Of a DNA stretch of 64,000 bases, positions 38,548 through 53,049 are shown piece after piece. Source of the DNA: Octopus vulgaris (taxonomy: Eukaryota); the NCBI GenBank assembly GCA_951406725.2, contig OX597819.1:57412001-57476000 (forward strand), written 5' to 3'. The translations under genes were made by a program, and so were the position numbers. The first letter of the stretch is position 1; the number at the start of each line of letters is the position of its first letter. The notes beneath the pieces were generated by a model. That model searched no databases. It was not told where the DNA came from and worked only from the letters and a program-made list of their open reading frames with translations.

Positions 38548-39240
38548 AGTTAGATAGATAAATAGATAACTATCTTTATTGGCCACACAGGGCTGGACAC
38601 AGAGGGGACAAATACCTATGTAGAGCTTTTCTTTTCGAAGATAGAAAAGGAAAAAGACAAAAAGGAAACAAATGTAAAATTTCGATCAAAAGGGATCGGG
38701 AAATAAGAAAAAGCGATCAAAAGGGATCATGTATCACAGACAGAAATCTATCATGAAGTTAGATAAATAGATGACTATCTTTATTGGCCACACAGGGCTG
38801 GACACAGAGGGGACAAATATAAATGTAGTGCTTTTCTTTTCGAAGATAGAAAAGGGAAAAGAAAAAAAAAAGGGAACAAATGTAAAATTTCGATCAAAAG
38901 GGATCGGGAAATAAGAAAAAGCGATCAAAAGGGATCGTGTATCATAAACAAAAATCTGTCATGAATTTAGCTAGATAAATAGATAACTATGTTTATTGGC
39001 CACACAGGCCTGGGCACAGAGGGGACAAATACAAATGTAGAGCTTTTCTTTTCGTAGACAGAAAAGGGAAAAGAAATAAAAAGGAAACAAATGTAAAATT
39101 TCGATCAAAAGGGATCAGGAAATAAGAAAAAGCGATCAAAAGGGATTGTGTATCACAGACAGAATTTTTTTTTAAAGTAAGAAACAAGATTAGGTTAATC
39201 CGTGGAAAGAAAAGCCTACAGAAAAGACCACGGTAACCTC
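38548..39240 (-). repeat. Three tandem ~210-bp copies of a LINE 3' UTR (same family as 39784-40567)
   Basis: Each unit reads GATA-like, then CTTTATTGGCCACACAGGGCTGGACACAGAGGGGACAAAT...CGATCAAAAGGGATC...TATCACAGA. Confidence 0.88.
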
Positions 39241-39382
39241 AGGCAGGGAGAAAATAAACACATGAGAGCAAAGTGCTATCTCTCTCTCTTTTACGATTTA
39301 CAGGATCAGACAGACATGCAGTTAGATACATACATACATACATACATACATACATACAAACATACATACATACATACATACA

Positions 39383-39410
<28 letters not shown>

Positions 39411-39413
<3 letters not shown>

Positions 39414-39637
39414 GTTTCTTTATTAGCCACATAGGGCTAAAGACAGACGGGAGAAATTACGAAGTAGAGCTTTTCTTTTGGGGCAGAAAATAAAAGTGGG
39501 GTAGGTTTTCGATCAAAGGGGGTTGTAAAAAGGAAACAAAAAAAACGATCCATAGGGATATCACAGAAATGTCATGATGCAAAGCGTAAAGTGGGTAGCA
39601 GATAGCGTTTAACCGTGGAAAGAAAAGCCTACGGAAC
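39411..39637 (-). mobile_element. Short 3' fragment of the same Tx1/L1-like LINE, between (CATA)n and (GATA)n
   Basis: ATGTTTCTTTATTAGCCAC...CCGTGGAAAGAAAAGCCTACGGAA is shared with 39784-40090. Confidence 0.8.
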
Positions 39638-39738
<101 letters not shown>

Positions 39739-39783
39739 CAGGCAGTTAACTTCTTAGATAGATAGATAGATAGATAGATAGAT

Positions 39784-40792
<1,009 letters not shown>

Positions 40793-42417
40793 GCTTGTAG
40801 GTCTTTTTCAGTGGATAATTGTTAGTTTTTCAGTCAAGAATATTTGCTCTAAACGAGTATTATACTTGATTCCAAAGATTGAAAACATGTCGATCCTGAT
40901 GGAATTAGAACTGAAAGGCCTTGTATATCTCAAAGCATCTTATATAGCTCAATCCATCCATCATTCGGCTCTTCACTAATTCTGTCACTCTTACAAGTGA
41001 TATAATGCATACTGTAGCATTTGCTGCATTCGCATCCCGTACTTAAGATTATTAAATTAATCATCAGTTTGCAATTAATTGACTTTACACCTAATCATTA
41101 TCCCTATTCTTTCTTGCAATGGAATAGATAAGATTTAAGTACATTTGATGATTACGGGATCACGGCTCCATGAGGCAGAAGCTATTAATAATTGGTTATT
41201 CGGAAGTCAGAAACCTTACTGACGCTGTGATTATGAAACTTGCCATAGCATGAAACACGCGCGCGCACACACTCACTCATACACACACACACACGTCCGC
41301 ACACACAAGCGTACGCATGCACCCACACACACATGTACACACACACACACACATATATATATGGATATATCTATATATATTAATAAATATGTGCTGTGCG
41401 TATATATTTCTATTTAATTATATAACGAGAAGCGCTTCACATAATATGGAGTGCCATTACAGGTTTACATCATTACAAGCTATATTACCTGGTAATATTT
41501 TAGAAGAAATATGAAGGACAATGCCATCAACGCTATAATATGTACATGTATTAATTACGTAATTGTGAAAGATATTATGTCTTAGCTAAACCATGTTCAT
41601 GAACTCTGGAACTGATGCCTCCTTCCCCTTGACATCACTAGTTTATTATTGTTTACGAAACATTGACTGCAAATGACTGCTAAATATCAACCAAGAATAC
41701 ACTTCTGTCCAGCGGCAACAAGACATTTGCTCTCAGGAAAATATTTGACCTCAGGAAAATATTTATGCATTCAGCCTAATCTGAAACTACATACACCTAA
41801 AATATTTCCTTCAAACGTATTTCACTTTTCATGTAGACAAAACATTTTAAGAAGAGCTAAGCCTCTGTTTTTAAATTTAGCTTTCCATTTCCCGGCCAAA
41901 TATATATCTGCCTCTATCAATTGCTGACATTCCTAAAGCTGCTTTTTTCTCCTAACAAAGAATTACTACTCACTTCTATGGGATGACGTAGTTACTGATC
42001 TCACAAGCATGAACATATTTACAATTCTGTCCCACGATATGCTACAGCCATTGGTCAAATTTGGAGCATGTCTTGCATGTATTATTTGTATACCTTGATG
42101 ATTTCTCTGCTCCTTTAAACATGGACAATGTGTACCATCCTCAGAAGCTGATTCGATGTACAAATCTTATATGCTTGTTTTACAGGAAACATAGTACACC
42201 GATCGCTAAATCTCCTCTTCAACTCCAGTCATTTGAAAGCACCGCCCTATAAACAATCGTAGCCCATATATCAAGCATCAGATATTACAAGACCACGAGG
42301 ACCTGAAGATCTCGTAAGTCCAAATGGGAAGAAAAGAGGAGCTTCTTATTAGTTTAGTGTATGTGATTTTCGAATATAAAATTAAATATGCACATACACA
42401 CAAACAAAAAACACCAC

Positions 42418-42463
<46 letters not shown>

Positions 42464-42548
42464 CGTGTGCATGCATGTGTGTAATCATTCGAGCGTTTGT
42501 GTATATGAGTAGATACTAATGAAATATGTGTATATATATGTATATATC

Positions 42549-42596
<48 letters not shown>

Positions 42597-43509
42597 GTGT
42601 GTGTGTGTGTGTGTGTTTGTGTGTATGTGTGTGTGTATGTATGTATGTATATAAGTAAATAACGTAGGAAGTTAGCAAGATCAATCATCATTTCTTTTCT
42701 TTTTATTTGTAAACGCGCGTGAGGATCATACAAGATGAGCAAGTTGAAGGTAGATTCATAATTAGTTTCAAAATGTTTGCCAACTGATTCAAAAGCGTAT
42801 ATAGCATTAATTTTATTTTTTAATGTCAAAAGAAAAAGAAAATCGATGAATGGTGTACTGATTATATTCAACGAGTCATCATTCCCGGTTTCACCAAGTT
42901 TTATATACTACCTAGTGCAAACATTATTCTCAAGTGAAGTAATTTACATTTGTAACTTTTACTCTCTTACACTATCATTTGCATTTCTTTCAATAGTCTA
43001 CGTTTCGCTTTTCAATTTTGTGGTCATTTAATTCATACTTCATTTCGTTTCGTTTCCTTTTCTTAAATCCAATCGATTCAACGCTATCACTTGGTACAAA
43101 TTATCTCGATAATAACTCGTTCTGGAGATCCTAAAAATACTTTCACTTGCTATCTGTATGATTTTTAAACTACTATTATACACGTTCGTGCTTGTAATTC
43201 ACTCCTAAGAGAGCCACAACTGTCTCCATTAATATAGCATCTTCACTTTCTTATATGTACCTAATACAAATTTTCTGACAATTTCGTTTTATATTATTAT
43301 ATTCAAATGATAGTCATACTTGTACAATGCTATTACGAACACAACATTCTCTGCAGGACTGTAATTTAACAAAGTCAATTTTGTTACTATTCATGAGATG
43401 TACTAAATCACTTGAATGATACCATTTCATAAAACAAAGTTTGATATTGCACACTGCTTGAAATCTTTTATATTATTTGAAAAACGTCAACATAATTACA
43501 TAGTTGTAT

Positions 43510-43740
43510 TTCTCTTTTACTTGTTTCAGTCATGTGATTGTGGTCATGCTAGAGCACCGCCTTTAGTCGAGCAAATCGACCACAGGACTTATACTTTTTT
43601 TAAGCCTAGTACTTATTCTATCGGTCACTTTTGGCGAACCGCCAGGTTACCGAGACGTAAACACACCAGCATCTGTTGTCAAGCGATGTTGGGGGGGGGA
43701 AGGGACAAACGCAGACACACAAACATATACACACATACAT
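43510..43740 (-). mobile_element. Family B SINE, 3' half
   Basis: CTCTTTTACTTGTTTCAGTCAT...GAGCACCGCCTTTAGTCGAGCAAATCGAC. Confidence 0.85.
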
Positions 43741-43745
43741 ATACT

Positions 43746-43779
<34 letters not shown>

Positions 43780-43930
43780 AATTAAGGACTGAACACGAAA
43801 AAGTGGACAGTCAACATGCTAGATATAGACGTCAAATCGCCATTCTCCACAAAAAGATTATGTTTTCAGATCAAACTCAACACAAAACCATAGCAATAAA
43901 CAAGTGAAAATATACGAAATAAATATTTAC

Positions 43931-43994
43931 CCATGTACTAATTAGTTTCGGCTGTTATTTTCCGCAAGGAAAAGTGCAGCCATCATCAGCATGG
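43931..43994 (-). ncRNA. Type I hammerhead ribozyme with an intact catalytic core
   Basis: CCAUG-CUGAUGA-U-GGCUG-CACUUUUCCUUGCGGAAAAUAA-CAGCC-GAAA-CUAAUUAG-UA-CAUGG. Stem I CCAUG/CAUGG, stem II GGCUG/CAGCC, palindromic stem III ACUAAUUAGU, GUA cleavage triplet. Confidence 0.85.
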
Positions 43995-44269
43995 TCCGAT
44001 ATAAAATGCAATTTGCTGGACTAGATGCAAACACGATACCGAAATATCGTGTGCATGGAGTACAGCCTATTACATTTGAATATATATTTCAAATGCCTTT
44101 ACTTTTGGCGCGATGAGACCCGAGAAAACTAGCCTGCAGCTAATAATTAGCAGCAGTTAATTTATCGGTTAGAGAACATCTATTTATATAAAATTAATTT
44201 AGGGTAGAAATTGATATTTATCAATTAGAACCAGTGGTCTAGCATATTAAAAAAAGAATCCGAAGATTA

Positions 44270-44312
44270 AAATATTTATGGAACGCTTCACGAATATGCG
44301 TGTTGTCCTTCT
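44270..44312 (-). pseudogene. U6 snRNA 3'-end fragment
   Basis: Minus strand AAGGACAACACGCATATTCGTGAAGCGTTCCAT versus U6 AAGGATGACACGCAAATTCGTGAAGCGTTCCAT, followed by a T-rich end. The upstream match is weak. Confidence 0.75.
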
Positions 44313-44851
44313 GTGTCATATACTGCTCGTGTTTTCTTCTTTTATTAATACTCTTTTACATGGGAACTTCAAAAGTCAGGGATTATTTTCATGATCAACA
44401 TATTTTCCTCATTCCTTTCTTTCTTCTTCGATTGGTTTTGTACTCTTATCCGTGATGTAAATATTTTGTGAAAATCTCTCAATTTCAATTGCTCGGGAGG
44501 AAATACGGGCAATGGCAAGGAAAGCGAACAAATTTGGTGTCTATAAATCGGAGCCCTAGTTTTAATACTTGTGGTATAAATGGTCATTAAGGACCTTGCT
44601 TAGAGCAAAAGGAAAAACAGGACGAAAAGAGCTGACGAGAGACGGCAGCACGCGCAGTTGAAGCTCTTGACCGCTCCCACCACTGGTTCGAGTGTGCTAT
44701 AGTCGTGCTCCGGAGTGAGCCGCAATGGAATCAAATGCAATCGATACTTTCTCAATGTCACTAACACTAGAAATTCGTGGATACTGAGAAATGGATGAGT
44801 TTCTTTCTCCTGCACTGAACTGGCTAGAGACTACGACTAGTTGAGGCACAT

Positions 44852-44910
<59 letters not shown>

Positions 44911-45629
44911 TTTTTTTCTTTTTTTCTATCTCTGCCATATGGAATTCCAAACGGTAGAAAACATTCAGCGATTTTACTACTGGAAATGTAATAGTTAGCG
45001 CGTCTGTTCTGGAGCACCTGTATTGTTGCTTTTATTTCTGTATCCTCGAAAGTGTTAGACTCAGAATGTCCCTGGCGCAGTCAATAGTCATTCGGGCTAC
45101 CGACTGATTTCCGCCCCATACCAATTTTCGATAACTGTGCCGCATTAGGCACATTATATTACAAAGTGACAACAGGCCAAGACCAAATATAGCAGACGAT
45201 AACAATGATTGTCACTTCCCTCTATTGTTCTATGTGTGCATCTTACCCTCACCCTGGAAAACCAGGGAGATACTTCTCCATATTTCACCCATCTAGATAA
45301 AATGTGAAACATTGCACACATTAGCAAGGGTTTCGTCCACTAGGATTTTTTCAAGGACGCATAAAAAATTGCCTTGTTTCCAAGAGATTCAGTCTTTCAA
45401 AGCTTCTCGTTCTTCAACAAATTCTGGTAAGTGGACGCATTCTTCTTTGACGCTTCACGACAATGCTTCCCTCGCCAACACGATTCCTCTTTTGACTAAC
45501 AATTGTTTTTCAACCCAGGGCCTGCGCCACTAAGTGTCTCTGCAATTTCCGCTGACATTTTCGCTTGGCAAAATTCTTGTGCGACAGTCTTTTTTTTGTT
45601 TGTTATTATTCACGTCGTTTCATGCTCTT

Positions 45630-46503
45630 TTCGCTGTTGTTGTTGTTGGTGGTGGTGGTGTTACTGTTGTTGTTATTGTTGTTAATATTACTACTGCTTT
45701 TTTTTTGTTGATGTCGTCGTTGATGATGTTCTTACTGTTATTATTTTTTGTAGTAGTTTCTGTTGTTGTTGCCGCTACTGCTGCTGTTGTTATTGTTGTT
45801 GTTGTTGTTGTTGCTAGCGTTGTTGTTGTTGTTGCTATTGCTGTTGTTGTTGCTGCTACTATTGTTGTTGTTGCTCTCCAGTTATCGCTGCTGCTGCTGT
45901 TGCCGCTGGTGCTGCTATTGTTGCTGCAGCTGTTGTTGCCGCTGCAGCTGTTGCGGCTGCTGCTATTGTTGTTGTTGCTGCTACTATTGTTGTTGTTGCT
46001 GCTGCTGATGATGATGATGTTCTTGTTGCTGTTGTTGTTGCTGTTGTTGTTGTTGTTGTTGTTGTTGCTGATGTTCTTGTTACTGTTGTTGTTGCTGATG
46101 TTGTTGTTGTTGCTATTGTTGTAGCCGCTGCTACTGCTGTTGTTGTTGCTGCTAATGCTGTTGTTGTTGCTGCTGCTGTTGATGGTATTCTTGCTGTTGT
46201 TGTTGTTGTTGTTGTTGTTATTGTTGTAGCCGCTGCTACTGTTGTTGTTGCTGCTGCTAATGCTGTTGTTGTCGTTGCTGCTGCTGATGGTTTTCTTGCT
46301 GTTGTTGTTGTTGTTGTGGTTGCTGCTGTTGTTGTTGTTGCTGTTGTTGCTGCCTCTGCTACTGCTGATTTTGTTGTCGTTGATGATGCTGCTGTTGTTG
46401 TTGTTTCTGCTTCTGCTGATGCTGCTGATGTTGTTGCTGTTGTTGTTCTTGCTCTTGTTGTTGTTGTTGATATTGACGCTACTTCTGTTGTTTTTGTGGT
46501 GTT

Positions 46504-46536
<33 letters not shown>

Positions 46537-46625
46537 TGTTGTTGTTACTGCCGCTGCTACTTCTGTTGTTGCTGTTTCTGCTTCTGCTGCTGCTGCTGTT
46601 TTTGTTGTTGCTGATAATGGTAATG
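45630..46625. repeat. ~1-kb cryptic (GTT/GCT/GAT)n trinucleotide array
   Basis: Read directly; it produces open low-complexity ORFs in several frames on both strands. Confidence 0.9.
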
Positions 46626-47062
46626 TTGCTGACTTTGGTGCTCTTGATCGCTCTACCACTTAGAGTATTGGAACCAATATTAATGCTTTCTGTCAAGATA
46701 TCATTTTTTTTTTTCCTTTTTGTAAAAACGTTAATGTTTTGCCGAGTCATTAAATTTGGATTTATTTTCTCTTTATTTTGTTGCTTTCAGTGTTGTTACA
46801 TTCAATTGAGTTTCTCTTGGGGTTTCTCTCTGGTCACTATTAGGCATTATAGGTTATATGTAAACAAAACAAATTTATAATTAAAATGTTTCGAAATGAC
46901 CAACCTAAATTTCTGCAGAAATATTCGAGACGGGTTTTCGAGACAGGTTCCCTGGTGGCAATATTATAAATGAAATTATATTTATTTTAATTAAATTGTG
47001 TAGAAAAATAACAAACAAATTCTCTGCAACGATAGTCAAACGATTATCTCTATTTGACAGAA

Positions 47063-47675
<613 letters not shown>

Positions 47676-48460
47676 AAATTTGTATGGCTCCTGGGTGTTT
47701 GAGATGTTTAGAACCAGTGGGAACAGTTTAAGTCGAGTAAAAATAGAAGACAAAACAATTGAAAAGCAACAAAATAACTGAAAGCCATAAAAGTATCAAC
47801 CACAGAAAGGGAGTTGATGTTCGCGAACTGAAGACACAGAGTAATCCATAAACAAACCTTCACTCAAAGTCCTGGGCTCATCTCTGGCGTATCAGAATAT
47901 ACGTGCTCCCTCTCTGCTCCATTCCTCCTATTGAAATCTTTCTCAGAGATATATTACTTGTTGTAACTCTTGTCAGCTTTCGACATCAATGCCCCTTTCC
48001 TAGAGAAGATGACTTAGAATTCATATTCATTCTAAATAACGAATATTATTCGTCTTATATTATGTGTTTACAGAGTAAGCAATCGCTTATCTACAGAGAG
48101 TAAATTTAGCTCTGCAAATCCACATACTTGAAGCTATATTTCATAAAGCGCAGTAAAAGTCAACGACTCTCCTCTGAACTCTTACTCTTATCCCTGCACT
48201 TGACCCAGGACAGTAACTATGTCGAAAGAAAGACAGTATGCACCAACTATGACCGCATCAGTTTTATTGTCTTCATCGTTATATCCAGCCCAGCAGATAC
48301 CTCAACTACAATGCATGATTGCAAAGGTATTTTGCTGTCCTCAGATAGTTATTCATTGCATCTGGTAGATTTGGAACGTGTCCCTTCTACATTAAACCGA
48401 AAATCATAATCTGGTCCGTTGTCTCTTAGGTCAGGCACGACTGTCGATCAGTAGAATACC

Positions 48461-48683
48461 TATTTCTTTACTACCCACAAGGGGCTAAACACAGAGAGGA
48501 CAAACAAGGACAGACAAGTCGATTATATCGACCCCGGTGCGTAACTGGTACTTATTTAATCGACCCCGAAAGGATGAAAGCTAAAGTCGACCTCGGCGGA
48601 ATTTGAACTCAGAACGTAATGGCAGACGAAACACGGCTACGCATTTCGCCCGGCGTGTTAACGTTTCTGCCAGCTCGCTGCCT
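48461..48683 (-). mobile_element. Family A SINE (single core) with a perfect 17-bp TSD
   Basis: TCGATCAGTAGAATACC at both 48444-48460 and 48684-48700. Confidence 0.93.
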
Positions 48684-50599
48684 TCGATCAGTAGAATACC
48701 ATCAAGGTCTTCCTTGCCGCATTCCGATTTTATCAGACCTGTGAAGGACTGCTTCATCTCAATTCATTTCTGAGTCACACTGGCGGAGATTTTGTAAGCC
48801 TCTAGTACTTTTCGCATGTGGTTCTCAGTGGTAGTGCATCTAGAAACTACAGAATACTGACAGAAATAGGCCGGAGCAGAACAAACCAAACTATAAATAG
48901 GGAATAGGAAATTTTTTATGAGGAAATCATGAAAGTGACTATGGAAATGTAGAAATGATTAATGCATAAAATCCGTTTGTTGATATTTATGTGAAACGAC
49001 GACAGTACTCCCACGAAAATAGCATAAATAGGCTCTTAAAAAGGTATGTGAAAACAGAATAGAATATATGCATCATGTCACCATATTGAACGGAATAATA
49101 TATACACCTGCCACTGTTGTTACAAAAGTGCATATGTATTCGGTTAGGTCTGTTCATATAGGAATGTGAAAATCTAAGTCTGAAATACAAAGAATGGGAA
49201 ACAAAACACACAGAAAGATATACAACAAAGGGAAAAGATAATCTTTTATAAAGCGACACAACTAGAAAAAAGATGAAGTATATATAATACAGAAATATGA
49301 AATAATAAAATAACTGTTCGAAATGAAAGAAAGCCTGAATTGGAGAAACCATTGGCTAAATTGTTAAATGAAAAGAAATCCGGCTTTATGACAATCGACA
49401 ATGATTTATTGAACAAAACAAAGATCTTTATTTCAGCAACAAATAGTTTTATGATGAAATTGTTGAAACTAACATAGAAAACTACTCAACACAAACAACT
49501 AGCAAAGTAGAATTCTTGTGTGTAATATAGGTCCCCATAATTTATACTAAGATAATGCACTTAAAATGTTGTAACAAGGAGCAAAACAAATAATGATGAT
49601 CCACTCAATATGAGACGAGAAGGCGACACGGGTCACGATTATCTTCTGATCATTGACATGTGTATTGGTATTCCTGATCGTTTTTCTTGGTATCTTCAGT
49701 GACCGCCATGTTGAGAAGCCACTTGAGTCTGTTTGGCACCTGGTGAAAAACGATGCGCTTTTTGTTTGCATTTTTGCACGTTTTATATCAGTGTTATAGC
49801 GCTTAGCATTTTATTCTAAAGACCCCGAAATGTGAAAGTTCATCCTGGAACAAGGTTGATTATTTTGAATTTGACAACGGAATATATTCAGCACAGTAAT
49901 TTGTTCTGCTCTGCACAGATTTCACCAAGCCTGTGCATTACTCGACGTTGAAATAATATAAATCCATCATTCATGTGACAGCGACTTTCACACTATATAT
50001 GTTTGAAAAAATACAGAGAAAACGAAATACGTTATGTTTTCCATCAGTCCTTTTTATTTATTATCTTCTTTATTTTCACATCATGAAACAGGAGTGTCCT
50101 CTTTCAATGTAATAAAACAGTCATTAACAAAATACTGTTAGAAGTTCGTAAACGAATGTTGTTTTGACATTCCTAAAATCATTTCGTCTTTTCTAAGACA
50201 ACCGACGTTATTCCGAACATTCATTAAGCCCAGCTGATTTAACTGTCAGTTCGATTTCTGACATCTTAACTCCATGTTTTTCGAAAACTACTGAAGGTGA
50301 TCAAAACTTTACAGACCTGCACAACCTATAAAATTAAATTTCTTCTAACATTTTCTATCCAATAGACAACTTTAAAATTTTCTAACAGATTCTGAACAGT
50401 ACTGCAGAAATTATGTAGTTTTATGTGTCAATCTAAATGAATAACCAAAACATAATCATGTGGCCAACACATATTGTTATTTCTCCTGCATATCATCATA
50501 GCCTCTCCTTCCTTTCCCCTTCTTTCTCTTTCTCGATCGACTTCATATGTATATATATATATACACACACACACAAACACAGACACACACACGTATATA

Positions 50600-50884
50600 A
50601 TGTCACTCGGTTGTGCGGGAAGATTGCCTCCCATGTCAGTAAATAGAAAATATCCTTCAGTGGCTAAAGAGTTGTTTGACTCTAATTTCTGAAAACGCTG
50701 ATGGTCCCTGTCGAGAGTCCCAAATAAACTTACCTCCCGGCAAGAGGTGCAAATGAGGCTAGCGCCATTAAACATCCTTATTCACCAAATGCAACGTATT
50801 AGAGGGGCTCTCAATAATTACAATGTAGCAAAACGGCGGTGTCCTCGCATGGCCGCAGTTCTGAGCTGAAACTACAAAATAAAA
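50600..50884 (+). mobile_element. Degenerate 3' fragment of the LINE family at 63356-64000
   Basis: CCCGGCAAGAGGTGCAAATGAGG matches 63445-63470 on the minus strand; ends GGCGGTGTCCTCGCATGGCCGCAG...GAGCTGAAACTACAAAATAAAA. Confidence 0.75.
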
Positions 50885-51583
50885 TATATACATACAAACA
50901 TATATGTATATATATATATATAATGTATATAATGTATATTATATATATATATGTATATATATGTATATATATATATATATACATATATGTATATATTATG
51001 TATATTATGTATGTATATATATATACACGCACACAGAGATACGTACATATATATATATATATACATATACACACACATTCATACATACATATTTACTTAC
51101 ATATATACTCTTCTCTTTCATTTCTTCCTCGAAGAAAAGACAGGGCGTTGTTTACTGTGTAAACATATAGTATAAGAGAAATGATATTCGTGATTTAAAA
51201 CGAATATGAATTCAAGTCACCTTCTCTATGTGAGGGCCATTGTTGTCGAAAGCTGACAAGAGTTACAACAAGCAATATATCTCTGAGAAAATATAAGATT
51301 TCAATAGTTATCAAATACATCATAATATAACTGTTGGGCGTCGTTATTATTGCTCTATATTGACACCAAGTATTACATGGCACATACTTTTAGACTTAGA
51401 ACATTTTCAACTAGAATATCCCCATCAAACGAACATGAAACGAAAGACGTCTAATGACAGCTTTAAGAGATGAATAAAGAAACACATTTTCCGTGTGAGA
51501 GAGAAACTGTGTGTTCTCTCATATGTAACATTATATTTTATGACGTGTTAGGATAAGCTGTTAAGCGGGGGAACATATGTGTG

Positions 51584-51667
<84 letters not shown>

Positions 51668-51678
51668 GATATATATAC

Positions 51679-51736
<58 letters not shown>

Positions 51737-51867
51737 GTGCGTGTGTATGTGTGAATGTGTCTGTGTGTGTGTATGTACGTGTGTTTGTGTGAGCGGTTTC
51801 TGTTTATGAGTCTTCAATATTATTTACTATTAGTCATTGGATACTATCAATTGGTTACTGTGAAGAC

Positions 51868-52115
51868 ACATTGAGCAGTAGCTAGAGCGTCTGGTTCACA
51901 ATCACGAGATAGTGAGATCGATTCACGCATATGGCTGTGTATTGTACTGTGTTCTTAATGAAGTCACTTTATTTCACGTTGCGTCAGTTCCACCCTTTGC
52001 TTTCCCTTGGACAACATAGGTGGCGTGGAGAGGGTAGACTGGTATATGCCTCAGAGAGTAACTTTCTAGATTCAATCCCATGGTCATTCATGACCGAAGG
52101 AGATCTCTACCTTTG
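51868..52115 (+). mobile_element. Degenerate tRNA-derived SINE (family C-like)
   Basis: ...CACAATCACGAGATAGTGAGATCGATTC...CACTTTATTTCACGTTGCGTCAGTTC, the complement of the family C motif. Confidence 0.55.
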
Positions 52116-52263
52116 ATACCCGTGGCTGGTCACCATAGTCAAGGGGAATAAAGGTAAGGATTATCGAATGACAACAATTTCGGCTGGACCTATATACATA
52201 GATATATATATGTATGTGTGTGTGTGTGTGTATTGTATTTATGCATATATGTACGAATTTATG

Positions 52264-52316
<53 letters not shown>

Positions 52317-53049
52317 TATATATATAGTTGTGTGTGTGCTCTAATATTTTCTAATATTTTTTCAATGTAACAATATACACATGGAATGTTTTTAATAATA
52401 CATTTTACTATCCACGCTAGAGTGATATGGTGACATTTGTAGATAACTATATTAAGATGTATCAGTCCAGAATATTACTGCTACAATCATTCTTGGAAAT
52501 GTAGGTATTTCAGACTGAAATGAACAGAGAATAATAGTATTTGGAAAACCAGCATTGAGATTCGACACTAGATATCGTAAAATACACGCTCCAGTAATCT
52601 GTTTTATAGTCATACACCCATAGTCTAAAGAATGAACAAGACTATGCAGAGATTATAGCAATGTCGCAATATACTATGCTATGTTTGGGAAAATGTATTT
52701 CGGGAAAGCTTGGTATACTCAAAATACATACAGACGGAATGTCTAATGCATGGAACAGAAAGTCTTATTTTAAATGAGAATTTCCATAAACTCAGAAGAA
52801 CAAACCGTTTCTCACTTTTTTTGTTACCAACCTATATAAGATCGCTTCTGATTCAATGATGCGAATTTCCTGTTTCAAAATTATCTCAATTAAAACTTTC
52901 ATCGTAATTTTGTGCAATGTTCCAAATATTAGCTTCATGATCACAGCAGTTAATTTACTAAATTTTTCATTATACATAAAATTAATTGAAACAAATGCGG
53001 TGTATTTCAACAGAAATATGGTAAGAGTGTTAATATTTCATCAGTTATA

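Noticed and set aside
41600-42310. Non-repetitive-looking stretch with short ORFs (also 8050-8300 and 48100-48440)
   Set aside because: No recognisable protein motifs or consistent exon boundaries; probably old decayed repeats.
45620-46880. Mucin-like Thr/Ala-rich (266 aa), Ser/Asn-rich (376 aa) and poly-Leu ORFs
   Set aside because: They come from a trinucleotide array open in several frames on both strands. The Thr/Ala frame has a stop immediately upstream and shifts frame near 45875; there is no signal peptide or supported splice context.
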